From Phoronis australis (lineage: Eukaryota; Animalia; Phoronida): a stretch of DNA of 59,512 nucleotides. This document shows positions 1-12,300 of this stretch, in pieces (position 1 is the stretch's first letter; each line of letters begins with the position of its first letter). The position numbers were made by a program, and so were the translations under genes. The stretch spans positions 1,066,213 through 1,125,724 of the forward strand of contig NMRA01000073.1 in NCBI GenBank assembly GCA_002633005.1, in the 5' to 3' direction. The notes under the pieces are model-generated. The model was not told where the DNA came from and did not search any database. It saw nothing but the letters and a program-made list of their open reading frames with translations.

Positions 1-430
1 AAAATAGACACTCAATAATTACTGACAAAGGCCACAGTAAACCTGGGTCAATCGTATTCACTATTGCCATTGAATTTTCGTCGGCTTTGAGGCCTTATAA
101 ACTCAACCCACTTACACAAGAAATGCTGCAGACTTATGTGAGCCACAACCAACTGAACCAAGGGTTGGTCAATATTCACAAAATAGACACTCAATAATTA
201 CTGACCAAGGCCACAGTAAACCTGGGTCAATCGTATTCACTATTGCCATTGAATTTTCGTCGGCTTTGAGGCCTTATAAACTCAACCCACTTGCACAAGA
301 AATGCTGCAGACTTATGTGAGCCACAACGGCAACTGAACCAAGGGTTGGTCAATATTCACAAAATAGACACTCAATAATTACTGACCAAGGCCACACTAA
401 ACCTGGGTCAATCGTATTCACTATTGCCAT
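1..430. repeat. ~180-bp tandem repeat (about 2.4 copies visible, truncated by window edge) in a QNG1 intron
   Basis: Units start AAAATAGACACTCAATAATTACTGAC at 1, 180 and 361 (179 and 181 bp) and are nearly identical. Confidence 0.95.
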
Positions 431-1083
431 GATGGAATGAGCACGGTCGAAACAAAATGTGTTTAGCCCGTGTCATAGCACTCAAACTGGGTCGGGGTCG
501 AGGACCTGACATCACTCGCCGTATAATGGAAGAAATTTGATATTCATAAAATTTGCAAATACACTTATAAGGTGGTGAGTCCTTCATTGTAATCCGCCTT
601 TGTGTATGGTTGAAACACGGTTTCTTGAAATGTGTCGAACAAAGTGTGGCTCCCAACTGAATGCACTACACTGACACTTCACACTCTCACGTGATGCACA
701 AACTGACGCAATTTATGTGTAAGTTTCATGTATTTAGGAAATTTGAACACACAGAGATACTCTCAGTGAATTTGCTGTTACTGCGGCTTCCACAAACGCA
801 CCTTTCCATATCTGCAAAAGGCGGCTCTCTGCAGACTTTCCTCACAAATCCTCAGTATCGCACTGATAAAAATAACGACAACGGAGATGGTCTGCCACCC
901 ATTACATACAACCCTGATAACAGAAAAATATGTTTTTTATTTTTGGCTTGTTTCTTAGCAACAGGCTATTAAATCTCTAAATAAAATTCTTTTTGGGACA
1001 CAGGGTCATGGTGGGAACTCTTTAAAGTCTGCATATACTATAACTAAAATGACGAAAGAGGGGCAAAAGGGAGACTTACTGAC

Positions 1084-1207
1084 CCTTTCTGCCCATGAAT
1101 TCGTTCTCGTCTCTAAAGGAAGGAAAGTTGCTGAGTACTATTTCCAGCAGTTTTTGAGCACTTTGGCTGCACTGTTTCACACAGTTGAAAAAGGTGCCAC
1201 CAAATTT
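1084..1207 (-). CDS. QNG1: Queuosine salvage protein (C9orf64/QNG1), coding exon 4
   Basis: Acceptor ttttcag, then KFGGTFFNCVKQCSQSAQKLLEIVLSNFPSFRDENEFMGRK, matching recalled human [21 protein letters not shown]...FPSYRD. Donor is either GTCAGT (1083) or the nearby GTAAGT, so the 3' boundary is uncertain by a few nt. Later exons are outside the window. Confidence 0.88.
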
Positions 1208-2517
1208 CTGAAAAGAAAATTGATTTCAAAATGTAGAGTCTGATTCTGAAATATTTTTGATTATGGAAAATTGTCAGGACATAATGTGGATGAGAAGTGA
1301 AATTTAATTTTAATTTTCATTTTTTCACAAAAGTAGCATCAAATAAATGCCATATCTTTTATAAGATCAATATCACAGCTACCATCAGACAATGATTCTG
1401 TGAAATTGTTGGCGTTGAAAATTGAAAAAGGTCAATATAGGCAATTATTTTGCCAAACATTGGCCAGATGTAAACATGTTATTCTGAATCACGGTAATTT
1501 TAAGGTTCACCTTAGTCACAATGAAAAGTTAACACAAGGGGGGACCAAGAAGTTACGTTCCTAGTGGAAAAACGAGATGTTTATAGGTTCAGCATATAAA
1601 ACTTATTTTTTACAGTAGATCAAGGAAAAGCAGTGCATACAATAAAGATTTAAATAAGATCTACTTGAAAGCAGAACTATCAAAAGCACCAACAGAGGGT
1701 GTTGCAGGTTACAACCATTCAAAGCTTATATAATAATGAGTTGCAAACAACAGATTAAATTTGATTAAAAAAATAAAATCAAGAAAAAACATATTGGCCG
1801 TCAATTTTCATAATGATCCTTTGAGTGGTTTGGCAGAAAGGGAGACACACGTCAAAAACATAAGAAAAATATGTTGAAAGGCCACCAGGTGGAACAGAAA
1901 CAAATCAAATCTCTCCGAAAACAAGAAAGCATTGTTGTCTCCTAAATAAAAACTTATTTGCCGAATTTCATGAAAATAGATTATGAACTCTGAAGATGCA
2001 GAGGCAACCAGTGGCACAGTGGTATTTGGATCATTTCGACACTTATAACTGTTTGTGGCTCCATTGGAACAGATCTTTCAAATTTCACAAAGCTCCTTCA
2101 AAGGCAAGGAGATTTAGCCGGAAATGCAAACAAAAAACAAAATTGCCACTGGGGGTGACACAGTAGTCGGACACCAGAAAAAGGACTCAAAAATAAGAAA
2201 AATGCCCACAAGGTGGCATACAATCCATCGGATCCTTCCAAAAATGGAATGGCATCACGCCTTCTTATTAAAAACGTATTTCCTGAATTTCATGAAAATC
2301 CATCACGGAACTCCAAAGATAGAGAATCAAAGTATGTGGATTGACCTGAAACTTATCGTCATTTGTCACCAGCCGCATAGGAACAGAACTGCCAAATGTC
2401 GATAAGATCCTGCATGGGGTTTAGAAGGTAGAACAGCAGACGTCGGTCGCCGGACGTCTTGGCAGAGATGACGAAAATATGCACCCACGTATAAATATGT
2501 GAGTGCATAAGGTTTAC

Positions 2518-2667
2518 CTCAACCAGTGTGGTGCCTGCCTGGTGCAGATTGGCCAGTCGCTCTTCTAACATGGGCATAGGACACAAGGAGTCCGAACGAA
2601 AGACATGGGTCAACTCCTCCAGGGAGATCTTGGAATAATACTTGGGATCTGTGAGTGGAATGCCTTC
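2518..2667 (-). CDS. QNG1: QNG1 coding exon 3
   Basis: ttttag/GTAAAC boundaries, 150 nt, phase 0-0. EGIPLTDPKYYSKISLEELTHVFRSDSLCPMPMLEERLANLHQAGTTLVE matches the family EGIPIT...RSD...MPL.EER pattern. Confidence 0.92.
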
Positions 2668-3394
2668 CTAAAATAAGTACATACGCAACAGCAAGTGGTC
2701 AGGAGTATTTCTACATCATGTACTGTTCACAGTGTCACACCATTTGCACCAAATGAACCCGTGACAATGTAACTCACTACTTAACACTGACACAAGACCA
2801 GACTGAAGAATATTGCTAGACCTTTCCAATATATCCGAGAAACAGGCAGATTGGAAGACGAACCACAATGAAACAAGCAATAAGGATTCTATATGGGACA
2901 TAAACTTTTGTGTGGCCTAAGCACACCTGGTGTGCATCAATCCACATCATCAGGACACCTTGTCTACTTGTTTTTATTCATCAACTCTCTGAAAATACCA
3001 CTATGAGAATTCAAAAGGCTATAAAATCGCCCTTTGTCATCAATAATACTTTCCTTCGACTTACAACATATTACACAATAAAACTGGTCTCAACTCACAC
3101 TTTACTAAGACAAGGAATGATTCCTAGGCTATAGAACCAGCTTGGTGATGCTAGAGACCACACTCGGTGCATAAAATGTACAGTTTATCAAGCCTAATCT
3201 CAAGGTACAGCCAAGTATCAGTTTTTCAAAAAGCCAGAAATTTCTAATCCTAATAACAAACAAGTTCAGACCAGATTTACAGCCGTAAGTGTCCAATTCG
3301 AAAGGGGGTATTTGTGGAAGGCGGGTTTAGAGGCGTGAGAGTAAAGCTTGATGTCATTGAAATGAGGTTATAACAACCAATTAGCATTGCTTAC

Positions 3395-3616
3395 ATCTAG
3401 CGCCCTGTTGACAGCAGCACATAGTGACCAATAGCCTGTGTGTTCCATCCCTCCGTATTTCACACAATACTTCTTGCTGCTGTCCTCCGACCAGAATGAG
3501 AAGTTTAACGTGTCCACAAAGAACAGCCAATCAACTGCCGACTGGTCTTTGGAAGTTGGATTCAGTGGGTGTTCCTCCCAAGTCCATGGCTTGCCATTAT
3601 CCATCAAGTCTAGCAA
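3395..3616 (-). CDS. QNG1: QNG1 coding exon 2
   Basis: ttttcag/GTAAGC boundaries, 222 nt. Contains HPLNP...[11 protein letters not shown]...[15 protein letters not shown], a signature of the Q_salvage (DUF2419) family. Confidence 0.95.
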
Positions 3617-4728
3617 CTGAAAACAGAGTTCAAATTTAATGTAGGAAATTATGCACCCAAGGATACCATTCACATTAATATGTGTAGTAAAACATGAGGG
3701 CTCACATCACCAGAAAATGAAGAAGTGTTATTAGAGGAATAAAGGCTCTTCTGCTTTCAAGAACTGGGGGCATCAGTGACACCTTCAAAACTTTTATGCG
3801 TGTGCTCTATGGACATGGTGCCCATCATGACAAAATGGTACCACTGTCATTAGATCAAGAGTCAGTGGAAAAATTTAGGGCAAGACTTTTAAGTGGTCGT
3901 CAGTCTCCATTTAAACCCTGTGTAGAAATGTTGTATTTACATTTTAGTATTTAAACAGAATCATGGACCACAAAACACTTATCATGAACTAAAACTCTTA
4001 CCACTATCTACATAACAGTAATACCACTTACTGCAAGAACCTTTACATAGCACTGCAATAATTTCTACCAAAATGCACTTATTGGCAATGAGAGAGCCTT
4101 AATTAAAACTTTGTCAAGAGCCAATGAAAAATGGACTGCGACTCACAGCCCGTGGCCCGTAGTTTGAGCAACCCTAAGGCTACATGGTAAGGTAAGAGTT
4201 CTTGCAGTGGAGAATTACCCAACCACTGCAATGGAATGATCTCTACAGACTGCATATCTGTCTACTGGCTGCTTTAGTATATCCCATAATCCTTTGTGTT
4301 ATACATGGAAAAGGTCAGATATGACTTCAGCATAGGCAGGGACGGAGGTGCGATAGTTGAAAACGGATCCAAGCATGTATTTAGGTTACCAATTGATGGG
4401 GAATAAACATTGACGGATGGTTTTGTCAAAAAAGTTACGAAAATACGGTAATTCTACACATATTTCAAACAAAAATAACTGCCAAAATAGTCATTTTTCC
4501 AGTTTTCAAAGTTTGATTACTTTATTGCAAATAATGGAAAATGTAGCAACAGTTGTTTTATGACATCAAAATTGATTTCGTCAAATTTGTCTACGAAAAT
4601 AAAGATCAAAGAAAATTTTATTCTATTACTTTAATGGCCGGCTATATATTTTGGGCTAAATACGTGCAGATTTACTGTAGTGTTATTTCCTTAGAGGTCT
4701 CTAGTAAAGTTCACAGAACAGTTTTTAC

Positions 4729-4833
4729 CTTCTTTGCAAACTCTTTCACGCCCTTATTGTTGATGCTTACGTCTCGGCTCTTATCGGCTATAAACTGACA
4801 TGATTCCAGAACAGGAACCACAGTGGAAGACAT
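4729..4833 (-). CDS. QNG1: QNG1 first coding exon (start codon)
   Basis: Acceptor at 4837-4838, ATG at 4833. MSSTVVPVLESCQFIADKSRDVSINNKGVKEFAKK resembles human [20 protein letters not shown]. Donor AAG|GTAAAA, phase 0. Confidence 0.9.
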
Positions 4834-5366
4834 GACCTGGAAATATTGCACAAAATAAGACATGCAGCAAATCTCACCACAAATCTTAACTCACAGTTAA
4901 AGCTCACCAATTTCAGACAAAAAAATTTGCCAAACTTACATTTTTCAATTTTTGAGGGCTTCTTAATGTACTTGTGAATGCCCACAATTCTTTAAAATGT
5001 TTTCTGTTGGCACCGATGGTACAGAGCTTGAATACGGCTAAGCATCAACATGATCATGAATTGTAAAAAATTACATTTATTTTATAATTAAGCTCAATTT
5101 TAATTACAACTATTTTCTTACAAGTGGCATCAGCAAGGGCATAAAAATGTGGAAAAGTTTCCAATAACTAGTATATTTCTACTCAATTTGGCTGAGAAAG
5201 ACTGAAGAAGCACAAAGTTTTGAAAAAGGCCACCGTGCCGGCAAAGGGTGCATCAATAAAGGCAGAAAATGAACCCACTTTTAAACAAGAAAATAGTTAA
5301 TTTCTCTCAGCATAAGGGTCCTAGGATTTTTACATGATACAAGTAGTGTTTTAAAGCCCAAAGAGC

Positions 5367-5511
5367 CACTCATATTGAAAAGGTGTCTGCAGCTTGTACC
5401 AAAAATTGCAGGACTCGAGCATAGGCAGTCTTCCTACCGCCCGCAATAGGGGGTCTCTCTGCAATTTTTGGTACACACCTGCAGAGTGCAGGCACCTTGT
5501 GAATATGAGTG
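5367..5511. mobile_element. ~145-bp degenerate hairpin/MITE
   Basis: Inverted arms: CACTCATATT...TGTACCAAAAATTGCAG versus CTGCAATTTTTGGTACA...AATATGAGTG. Confidence 0.6.
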
Positions 5512-5613
5512 AACCCCCCCCCTGTTTAAAACTCTATACATAATTATAACCCGTATCAAAATGCATGGACACATTTTTAAACTAGTCGAAAATAGTTGTA
5601 ACATACAGTACCC

Positions 5614-6513
5614 TAGGCAATGACCATCGCCTCTGTTGGCCCGAAGCAGAGGCGATGTAGAGGCTATAGGCGCTCTGTACGCCGGAAGCTTTTCGGCGAA
5701 TTATGCCTCGCACCGACTAAACCATCAAAGTCACGTTGTTACAAATACCTTTTGCGCATAGAGGAACACCTTAGGAGGTTGTCGATGTGTTTAATTCCTT
5801 CCAACTCGAACAAATACTCCCGTTATGAAACTTTTTCTTCGAGCAGTCCCTATTTCAGTTCCCAAAATCGTGAACTCAACTTTTTTATACTGCGCACGCT
5901 CCAATTCATGACCTCAATCTTTAAATAGGCCAAAGGTGAGCCATTGCGGTCTTGGCAGTCAAATGTTCGTTTCCAAAATGCCACCACTTATACTTGTCTT
6001 TAATTGGCGTTACTTGAAACTGATTGTATTTCAATGAATCATTGTTTGTATTTGATAAAAACAAATGCTGTTGATATGACATTTAATAGTCTTTTTGCAC
6101 ATATTTGACATTTTAATGTTTAACAACACGGCAAATGCACGGCTGGTTCCCGGCAGCACGTACGCGAAGGGCGGGAACTTCAGCTTTCAAAGTTCGCCGG
6201 TAGGTCCGCAACTTCTGACCTTCGGCCTGGTTAAAAAAATGAAAAAGTTGAGTTCACGATTTTGGGAACTGAAATAGGGACTGCTCGAAGAAAAAGTTTC
6301 ATAACGGGAGTATTTGTTCGAGTTGGAAGGAATTAAACACATCGACAACCTCCTAAGGTGTTCCTCTATGCGCAAAAGGTATTTGTAACAACGTGACTTT
6401 GATGGTTTAGTCGGTGCGAGGCATAATTCGCCGAAAAGCTTCCGGCGTACAGAGCGCCTATAGCCTCTACATCGCCTCTGCTTCGGGCCAACAGAGGCGA
6501 TGGTCATTGCCTA
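5614..6513. mobile_element. Non-autonomous foldback DNA transposon with 272-bp TIRs and 9-bp TSD (Mutator-like)
   Basis: 5614-5885 is the reverse complement of 6242-6513, as shown by the identical spurious ORFs 5620+ and 6187-. ACAGTACCC is duplicated at 5605-5613 and 6514-6522. No transposase inside. Confidence 0.93.
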
Positions 6514-6639
6514 ACAGTACCCATGACTATGAACAAGGGTGAACAGGTGAAAACAGAATGAATGTACTATGCCTACGCCACAGCAGGGCTGAGCTTCTGT
6601 TCAGAGGAAGATGTGCGAAACTCACGTTACTGTACTCTG

Positions 6640-6695
6640 TAGACAATGACCATCGTCTCTGCTGATGCACAGATGATGCCGATGGTCAAAGTCTA
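6640..6695. mobile_element. 56-bp degenerate mini-copy with the same termini as the 5614-6513 element
   Basis: TAGACAATGACCATCGTCTCTG...CGATGGTCAAAGTCTA, versus TAGGCAATGACCATCGCCTCTG in the large element. Confidence 0.7.
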
Positions 6696-6803
6696 ACGCT
6701 ACTGTAGCCTAATGATGCATGTGTCGAGTGTGGACAGCACTAATGTACTTATGTCTACACAACAGCTACTTTTGAAGACGGTTCATTCTTGCACACAACT
6801 TAC

Positions 6804-6880
6804 TTCAGTGGTTCTTCACGTCTGAACCAGAACGATCAACTTGCGATCCTTTGTTTACGCCTATGCAAGCACTTTTTAAG
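6804..6880 (-). other. QNG1: Probable non-coding first exon of QNG1 (5' end approximate)
   Basis: GAA|GTAAGT donor on the minus strand at 6798-6803, next to a CpG-richer promoter-like segment. The ATG exon has its own acceptor, so an upstream UTR exon is implied. Confidence 0.5.
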
Positions 6881-6990
6881 AAAGCGCTGTCTGGTCAAAA
6901 TGAAGTTGCGCGCCAAATGATGCGCAGTCTCTCACTTCCGGGTTTTCATTTCCGCGTTGGATGGACGTCACTGATAACGGTTTGTAGAGA
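6880..6990. promoter_or_regulatory. Putative bidirectional promoter between QNG1 (-) and FGD (+)
   Basis: CpG-enriched. E2F-like TTGCGCGCCAAA (6906-6917), ETS ACTTCCGG (6934-6941) and CRE-like GACGTCA. Divergent donor-terminated exons lie on both sides. Confidence 0.55.
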
Positions 6991-7056
6991 TGTTCACATT
7001 GTCATTGTCATTGTCATTCACATGAAATCTGGAGCGGAAAAATGTCATAGCAAAGC

Positions 7057-7117
7057 ATGGAGGGCACTTCGACCGTTAAGCTTTTGGCTGCTTCCTTTGA
7101 TAAGGGAGAATTCGCAG
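7057..7117 (+). CDS. FGD: Putative first coding exon of the FGD-family gene
   Basis: AGCATGG start context. MEGTSTVKLLAASFDKGEFA, then G|GTTTGT (phase 1), compatible with the phase-1 acceptors at 27176 and 31735. Confidence 0.55.
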
Positions 7118-8708
7118 GTTTGTTGACTTTTCATTCCTAAGAATCAAGAAAATTTTGGTAAGCACAATAACAATAAACAGGTATAACCACTGCCAGCATC
7201 GATCCACGACCACAGGCAGACGAATTTCCCAATGACACATAACCGTATGAGAAATATATTACAGAGTTGGTGCCAGGGGTTGATAAGAGGAATGGGTAAA
7301 TTCATGGGCTTGTGCTGGCATCTTTGTGGCCTTTAAATCATCCCCATCAACATGAACAGCGTCATATAATCATTATAAGAATGACATAATGTAGAACAGC
7401 TGATGTGAGGTGCCAAGGCACGGGTAAAAAACTAAGCCGAGTAGACTGTCTTAGGCAAATGTCAACTGGCAGCCCTGGTTGTGTTGGACGCAGGTCCCTA
7501 AGTAAGGTCGGAGAACATGGTAACATAGACATTCTGAAAGTCAAGCCACAAGCCCGCTGACAACCCGCGGCTATCCGCACCATTCCCCTGGATTGTTAAA
7601 ACCGAGAAGTTTCTAAAATCATGACCAGTAGATCTAGAATCGCGTTGGGTTGAACTTGACAAACAAGTCTATTGCGTTAGTAAACAATGTTGTGGCAGTA
7701 AGACTAAGTAAGAGGGTCAGAAATCCTCTTGTATAACCAACTTGCGTTAACTTAGTTCCCTGCTATGAATGTCCATTGCCAGCTCTGTAATGTCCAACTA
7801 CTGTCACAAATTATCATAGACTGGACTGCAGAGCAAAATGAAATTTGGTAAAGTAAGGAACCCGTAACAGGAATTGTGACTCTTCTGCCTCACGGTGATC
7901 AGGGTGATCGTATTTCCTATATGTTACTTTGGAGCTACATGGCTGTTAGTGGCATTCTTTTTCCCATAGTTTATTGAATTGCCTCTGGCATTTTGTACGA
8001 GCTATATTAAGACAAAGTAAAATTTGTCTCTGCTGACCTCAGTAATATTAACCTATCCGTGGGCATGTATTTTAATGAGGATGACCCTGCTGTTTGCGGG
8101 TGAAAACACTGCCTAATTTGCGTTTTCAAGCTTACTGGTTTGTGTTAGTCAACGTAAAACTTACAAAAGAGAATGCCACATACTGTAAACAGGGAAGCTC
8201 TGTTGTTTGGTGTTATTTTTTGTCTTAGAATTCATACCAATTGGTGGTTTTCTTGTACAACTGGATCCTGCTTTTTCAAATCCGTACAAAAAATTGCCAA
8301 AATGGCCAAGTTTCCATTTTACCATATAGCATACTGGATTGCTCAAAATGCTCAGATTTCATTGTGTGTTTTGTTGATGACGGCAGTTGAATAAACTCTA
8401 GGAAGAAGTTTTCCTTATGGTTGTTTAGTTTTGTTGAAAATTTTGATACACCGTAATAGAATGTTGTTTTATGCCATATTATTCTCAAAATCGACAAAAA
8501 ATTGCGGTATTCAAAGAATTGATGAGGTGTGCCCGAAGACAAATTGCAAAAAGTGTCAGCCTTATGGAATGGTAAAGGTCACGTGGTAGGTTAGAAGACA
8601 ATTGTTTATATACAATTGTCCTGTAAAAGTTACGCCCTAATGATTTTCAGACATTCAAGTAGTTCATTGTCTCCTCTCTTTTGGTTAGTGGTTGAGAAGC
8701 AACAGTCA

Positions 8709-8796
8709 CTTACAGGGGTCCAGCATATTGAGAACCAGCCTCATACCTCTTACTCAGTGGAGACATCTGGTTCTCAAAATGCCAGACCGCTGTAAG
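8709..8796. mobile_element. Short palindromic dispersed repeat (GAGAACCAG...CTGGTTCTC family)
   Basis: CTTACAG.GGTC..GCAT.TTGAGAACCAG and CTGGTTCTCAAAATGC..GACC.CTGTAAG arms. Related copies near 21252, 30377, 47720 and 48608. Confidence 0.7.
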
Positions 8797-9244
8797 CAGC
8801 TGTGTAAGCTCATTGGTGTGTCTTGGCTGTAAAAAGTCAGTTATGATGTGATGTTGGATTTCATAAACTTTATTGGAGACCTCACTACATGCCATATTAT
8901 GACTCACAACTATTTAGGGTCATAAGAATGGTGTCGCAAGTCACTGGTTGTGGACTCCTTGAGAAATTGGGAAACCCATTTTGGATGTCATGTTTTTGAA
9001 ATCCTGGGTGAAGCCCGCTGACAGTATCGCTAAAACCACCAAAAACTTCTACATTTGGCTGTATAGATTGTCTGTTGTCAACTTGGTTTTATTTGAATAC
9101 AGAAAGGGTCTGTCACATGTCTGGTCACCACTGCTGTAGGAGATTGAAGCTTTAAGCATTTTTTTACTCAAAACTTTTGAAAATTCTCTAGTATTTGGAC
9201 GTACTTCATTTATCTCAGGAATGGAAACTTCTCCACGTTCTAAC

Positions 9245-9317
9245 GAGTTCCACCATGTTGCTTTTTGGAGTTCCACCATGTTGCTTTTTGGAGTTCCACC
9301 ATGTTGCTTTTTGGAGT
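9245..9317. repeat. 23-bp tandem repeat x3
   Basis: GAGTTCCACCATGTTGCTTTTTG at 9245, 9268 and 9291. Confidence 0.95.
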
Positions 9318-12300
9318 GATGTAGTCAGCCCATGGCATAAGACAGTGGTGTGGTCATGTGACATGGTCAACTGCGATGTGGTGCTGTTGTTTTTGTCCCA
9401 TTGCCTGCTGCTACATAATGTCTGCGAGTACCGTTGTTCTGGAATTAAATTATCTTAAATTAGCCATAACGTAAGCCTTCAGGGCATTCTTTTTATAGAC
9501 TTTCACTCTCTGAAGACCTCATTGTGTCAGTTCTTGATGGGTTATTCTTGTGACAAAAACATTATATCGTTATATGGCAGAAATAACAAGCTTAGGACCT
9601 TATCTCATTTGGAAATAGATTTCAGTAGCTAATTTAAGGTCCATGTTCAAGTTCATAGACATGAGTGACCCTAGAATGGGTTCAAGTGTAAGTTGAACTG
9701 TTTTCTTTTAATGGAAGTCATTCAAATGCACCAGGAAGCCTACTGTCACCATTTTATATCCAGAGACTGTTTTATGAAAATGTAAAGACTTAATTTTGAT
9801 TATTAGTTTTTGCCATCTGCACAGCTCAACATGTAGCTTAAAGTAATAATAACTTTGAACTGTTGCAAAATGTGAGAAGGGTCTGTAAGTAAAAGCAACA
9901 AAAGCTTAAACTTCAGCCAGTTTGTTTTTTATGTCGGAACAGATAAATCTCATATTTTTCTTTTGATGTAATAAAAATTCCACATGAGCATCAAATTCTT
10001 CTGTACTATGTTTTTATGAATTTAAAAACATGGTAAATGGACTTATGTTGAGACTGAATGTTGCTACTCAATACTACAGCAGTTAATGTCATGTTTTGTT
10101 TTCTCAGAATACCCCATGTGTAGATAATCTGTCGGGATCTGAGTAAAATAATGCAGGCTAGTGTTGACTCACCAAGTAAATGAAGTACTGGTATACCAAT
10201 CAAATTTAAGTGAACCTGGTGACAATCAATGTAAGTACAAGACTTTAAGGGGATGCTCTTTTTTCTTTAGCTGCATCAATCCAATGGCACACACACACAA
10301 CTGTTAGATACTGAAGATAATTTCGATAAATTATTTCAAGACTTATGTGCTCATAATTAAATTTTCTCAGCATTTGTGTAGTGAGAGAGTAAGACCAAAT
10401 TTATATATTTTGTCCCTCTTCACGACCTCGAGCCTTCTTTGAGATTACGAGAATGCCCAAAGTGGCTTTTGACTCAACATTTCCACGTTACGTAGCCGTA
10501 GATGAGGGACAAAAGTCACAAGATTGTCGTGAGTGTAGAGCGTGTCGCCAACTTGGTTAACGATCATGACTTGATGCTTGAACATTGAGACCACGTCCGC
10601 TCAAAAATGACCATTCCTGCTGCAGGGAGGTCATGTAGGACCATATTAACAAATTTGCTTCTTTGGTCAAGCTACAAAACTTCATATTTTAATTCAGTAT
10701 AAGTACATATTTTCTGAATACAAAAGCCTGTAAAATTTGATTGTTTTTACTTCATACAAATCTGCCATGAATTAGTGCCACGTGACAATGCCTTTTTAAG
10801 TTATCTTTGCATAAATTTCTATTGGAAATTGTTTTCATGAAGCAGCTGTAGATAAACGTGTAAATCAGCCGCTGAAAAATGAAAAATAACAATTTTGACA
10901 ATATACTAGTGTGAAATTATCAAGAATTACTGTACTGTTTAATCTTCGCCAAAAGGTGGCAGCAGCTTCCATGAAAATAATGACAACTCTGTTTATCTAC
11001 AAACCTATAGATTTACTCATTAAAAGTACATCTGAAACTAGAAAGTTTGTATAATTTCATTTTTACTTTGTACTAATCTGCCATTAATTATGTTGTGCGA
11101 CCCCCTGTCTCTTTAGTAAGATTTAGATAGAAGGTATCTTATAATTAAAAACAATACGGGACATGACCAAATTTTGTTTGATATCAATGATGAAATCTTA
11201 ATTCCACTGTTACAGTTTTCTATGTTATCTTTTTGTTTTTATTTTATACAACTTTTGAGTTTTTTCATAAAAATCTGTCAAAAATTAATTGTACAGCCTC
11301 TTATGCTATAGTTGTAAACTTAAAAAACAATTTCTAAATGTGTTTGGAGAACAATGCATAGAGCCTAGCTTATGAAAGTTTCATACCAATCCAATATCTG
11401 AGATCCAATGTTTTGAAGTTAGTCAAATTTTACATTGTTCTACGGTCCTACATAAAAGGCATAATTTTGTTATGGTGATCAAGTAGCCGGAATTTCTGAA
11501 CATGACTTTTAAGGAAATTTATCATTTTACCTAGTGCATGGTTTGTTTAACATAGGTGTTTCTTAGCAATGTTTAGCATTGTTAGTAATGTAATAGTTTT
11601 TGAAAAATAGAGAAATGACAATTGTAGAAGTTATATTTTGTTCAAATGATTTTTTAGTGTCAACTTGAGTCATATCCTCTCCTGGCTGTTTCTTATGCCA
11701 CCTTATTTTACCAACAAAGTGTGATAACACTTCCTGTGCTTTCATTTATAAAAATAAAGATTCTTATTGTAATTATTTTCTGACGAAATTCGTTGTCAAT
11801 AAAATTTGATAAAAACGATCATCAAAACCTGTGGACCAAGGTGACATCATTAGCGATATTAGATAATGAGGCATACAAGGAAGTCATACTATTTCTTTGA
11901 ATAAAGATTTCCCTTAAGTGGCGTCATTGAAAAAAGCACACCTATACTATTATGTTGTTCAGATACTGTGGGTTTTTTCCAGCGTTTTCCTTGTATACAC
12001 TCCTAAAGATATTGTCTTATCTCTCTGCAATTTTGGCCAGTCCCTAGAATTTGGGGCATGGAAACTCTACCAAAAACTGAATTTTCTTGATTCTGGAATT
12101 TGGGAGAAGAGCGATTTTGGCGTTTATCATATTTCTTGAATTTCGGACTATGTGTTTGCAATACGCCTAGTGGATAATTTTTGCCATCATTTTGGTGATT
12201 CTTGAATTTGGTTCCAGCTCTGACCTTTAGCAAAATAATTAATTAAATTGGAGCATTTTACCAAAATTCATAGCATTATTTCATGGTCAACATCAAATAA

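Noticed and set aside
5620-6507. Twin ORFs (102 aa on +, 106 aa on -) with identical N-termini
   Set aside because: They are translations of the two TIR arms, with no recognisable domain.
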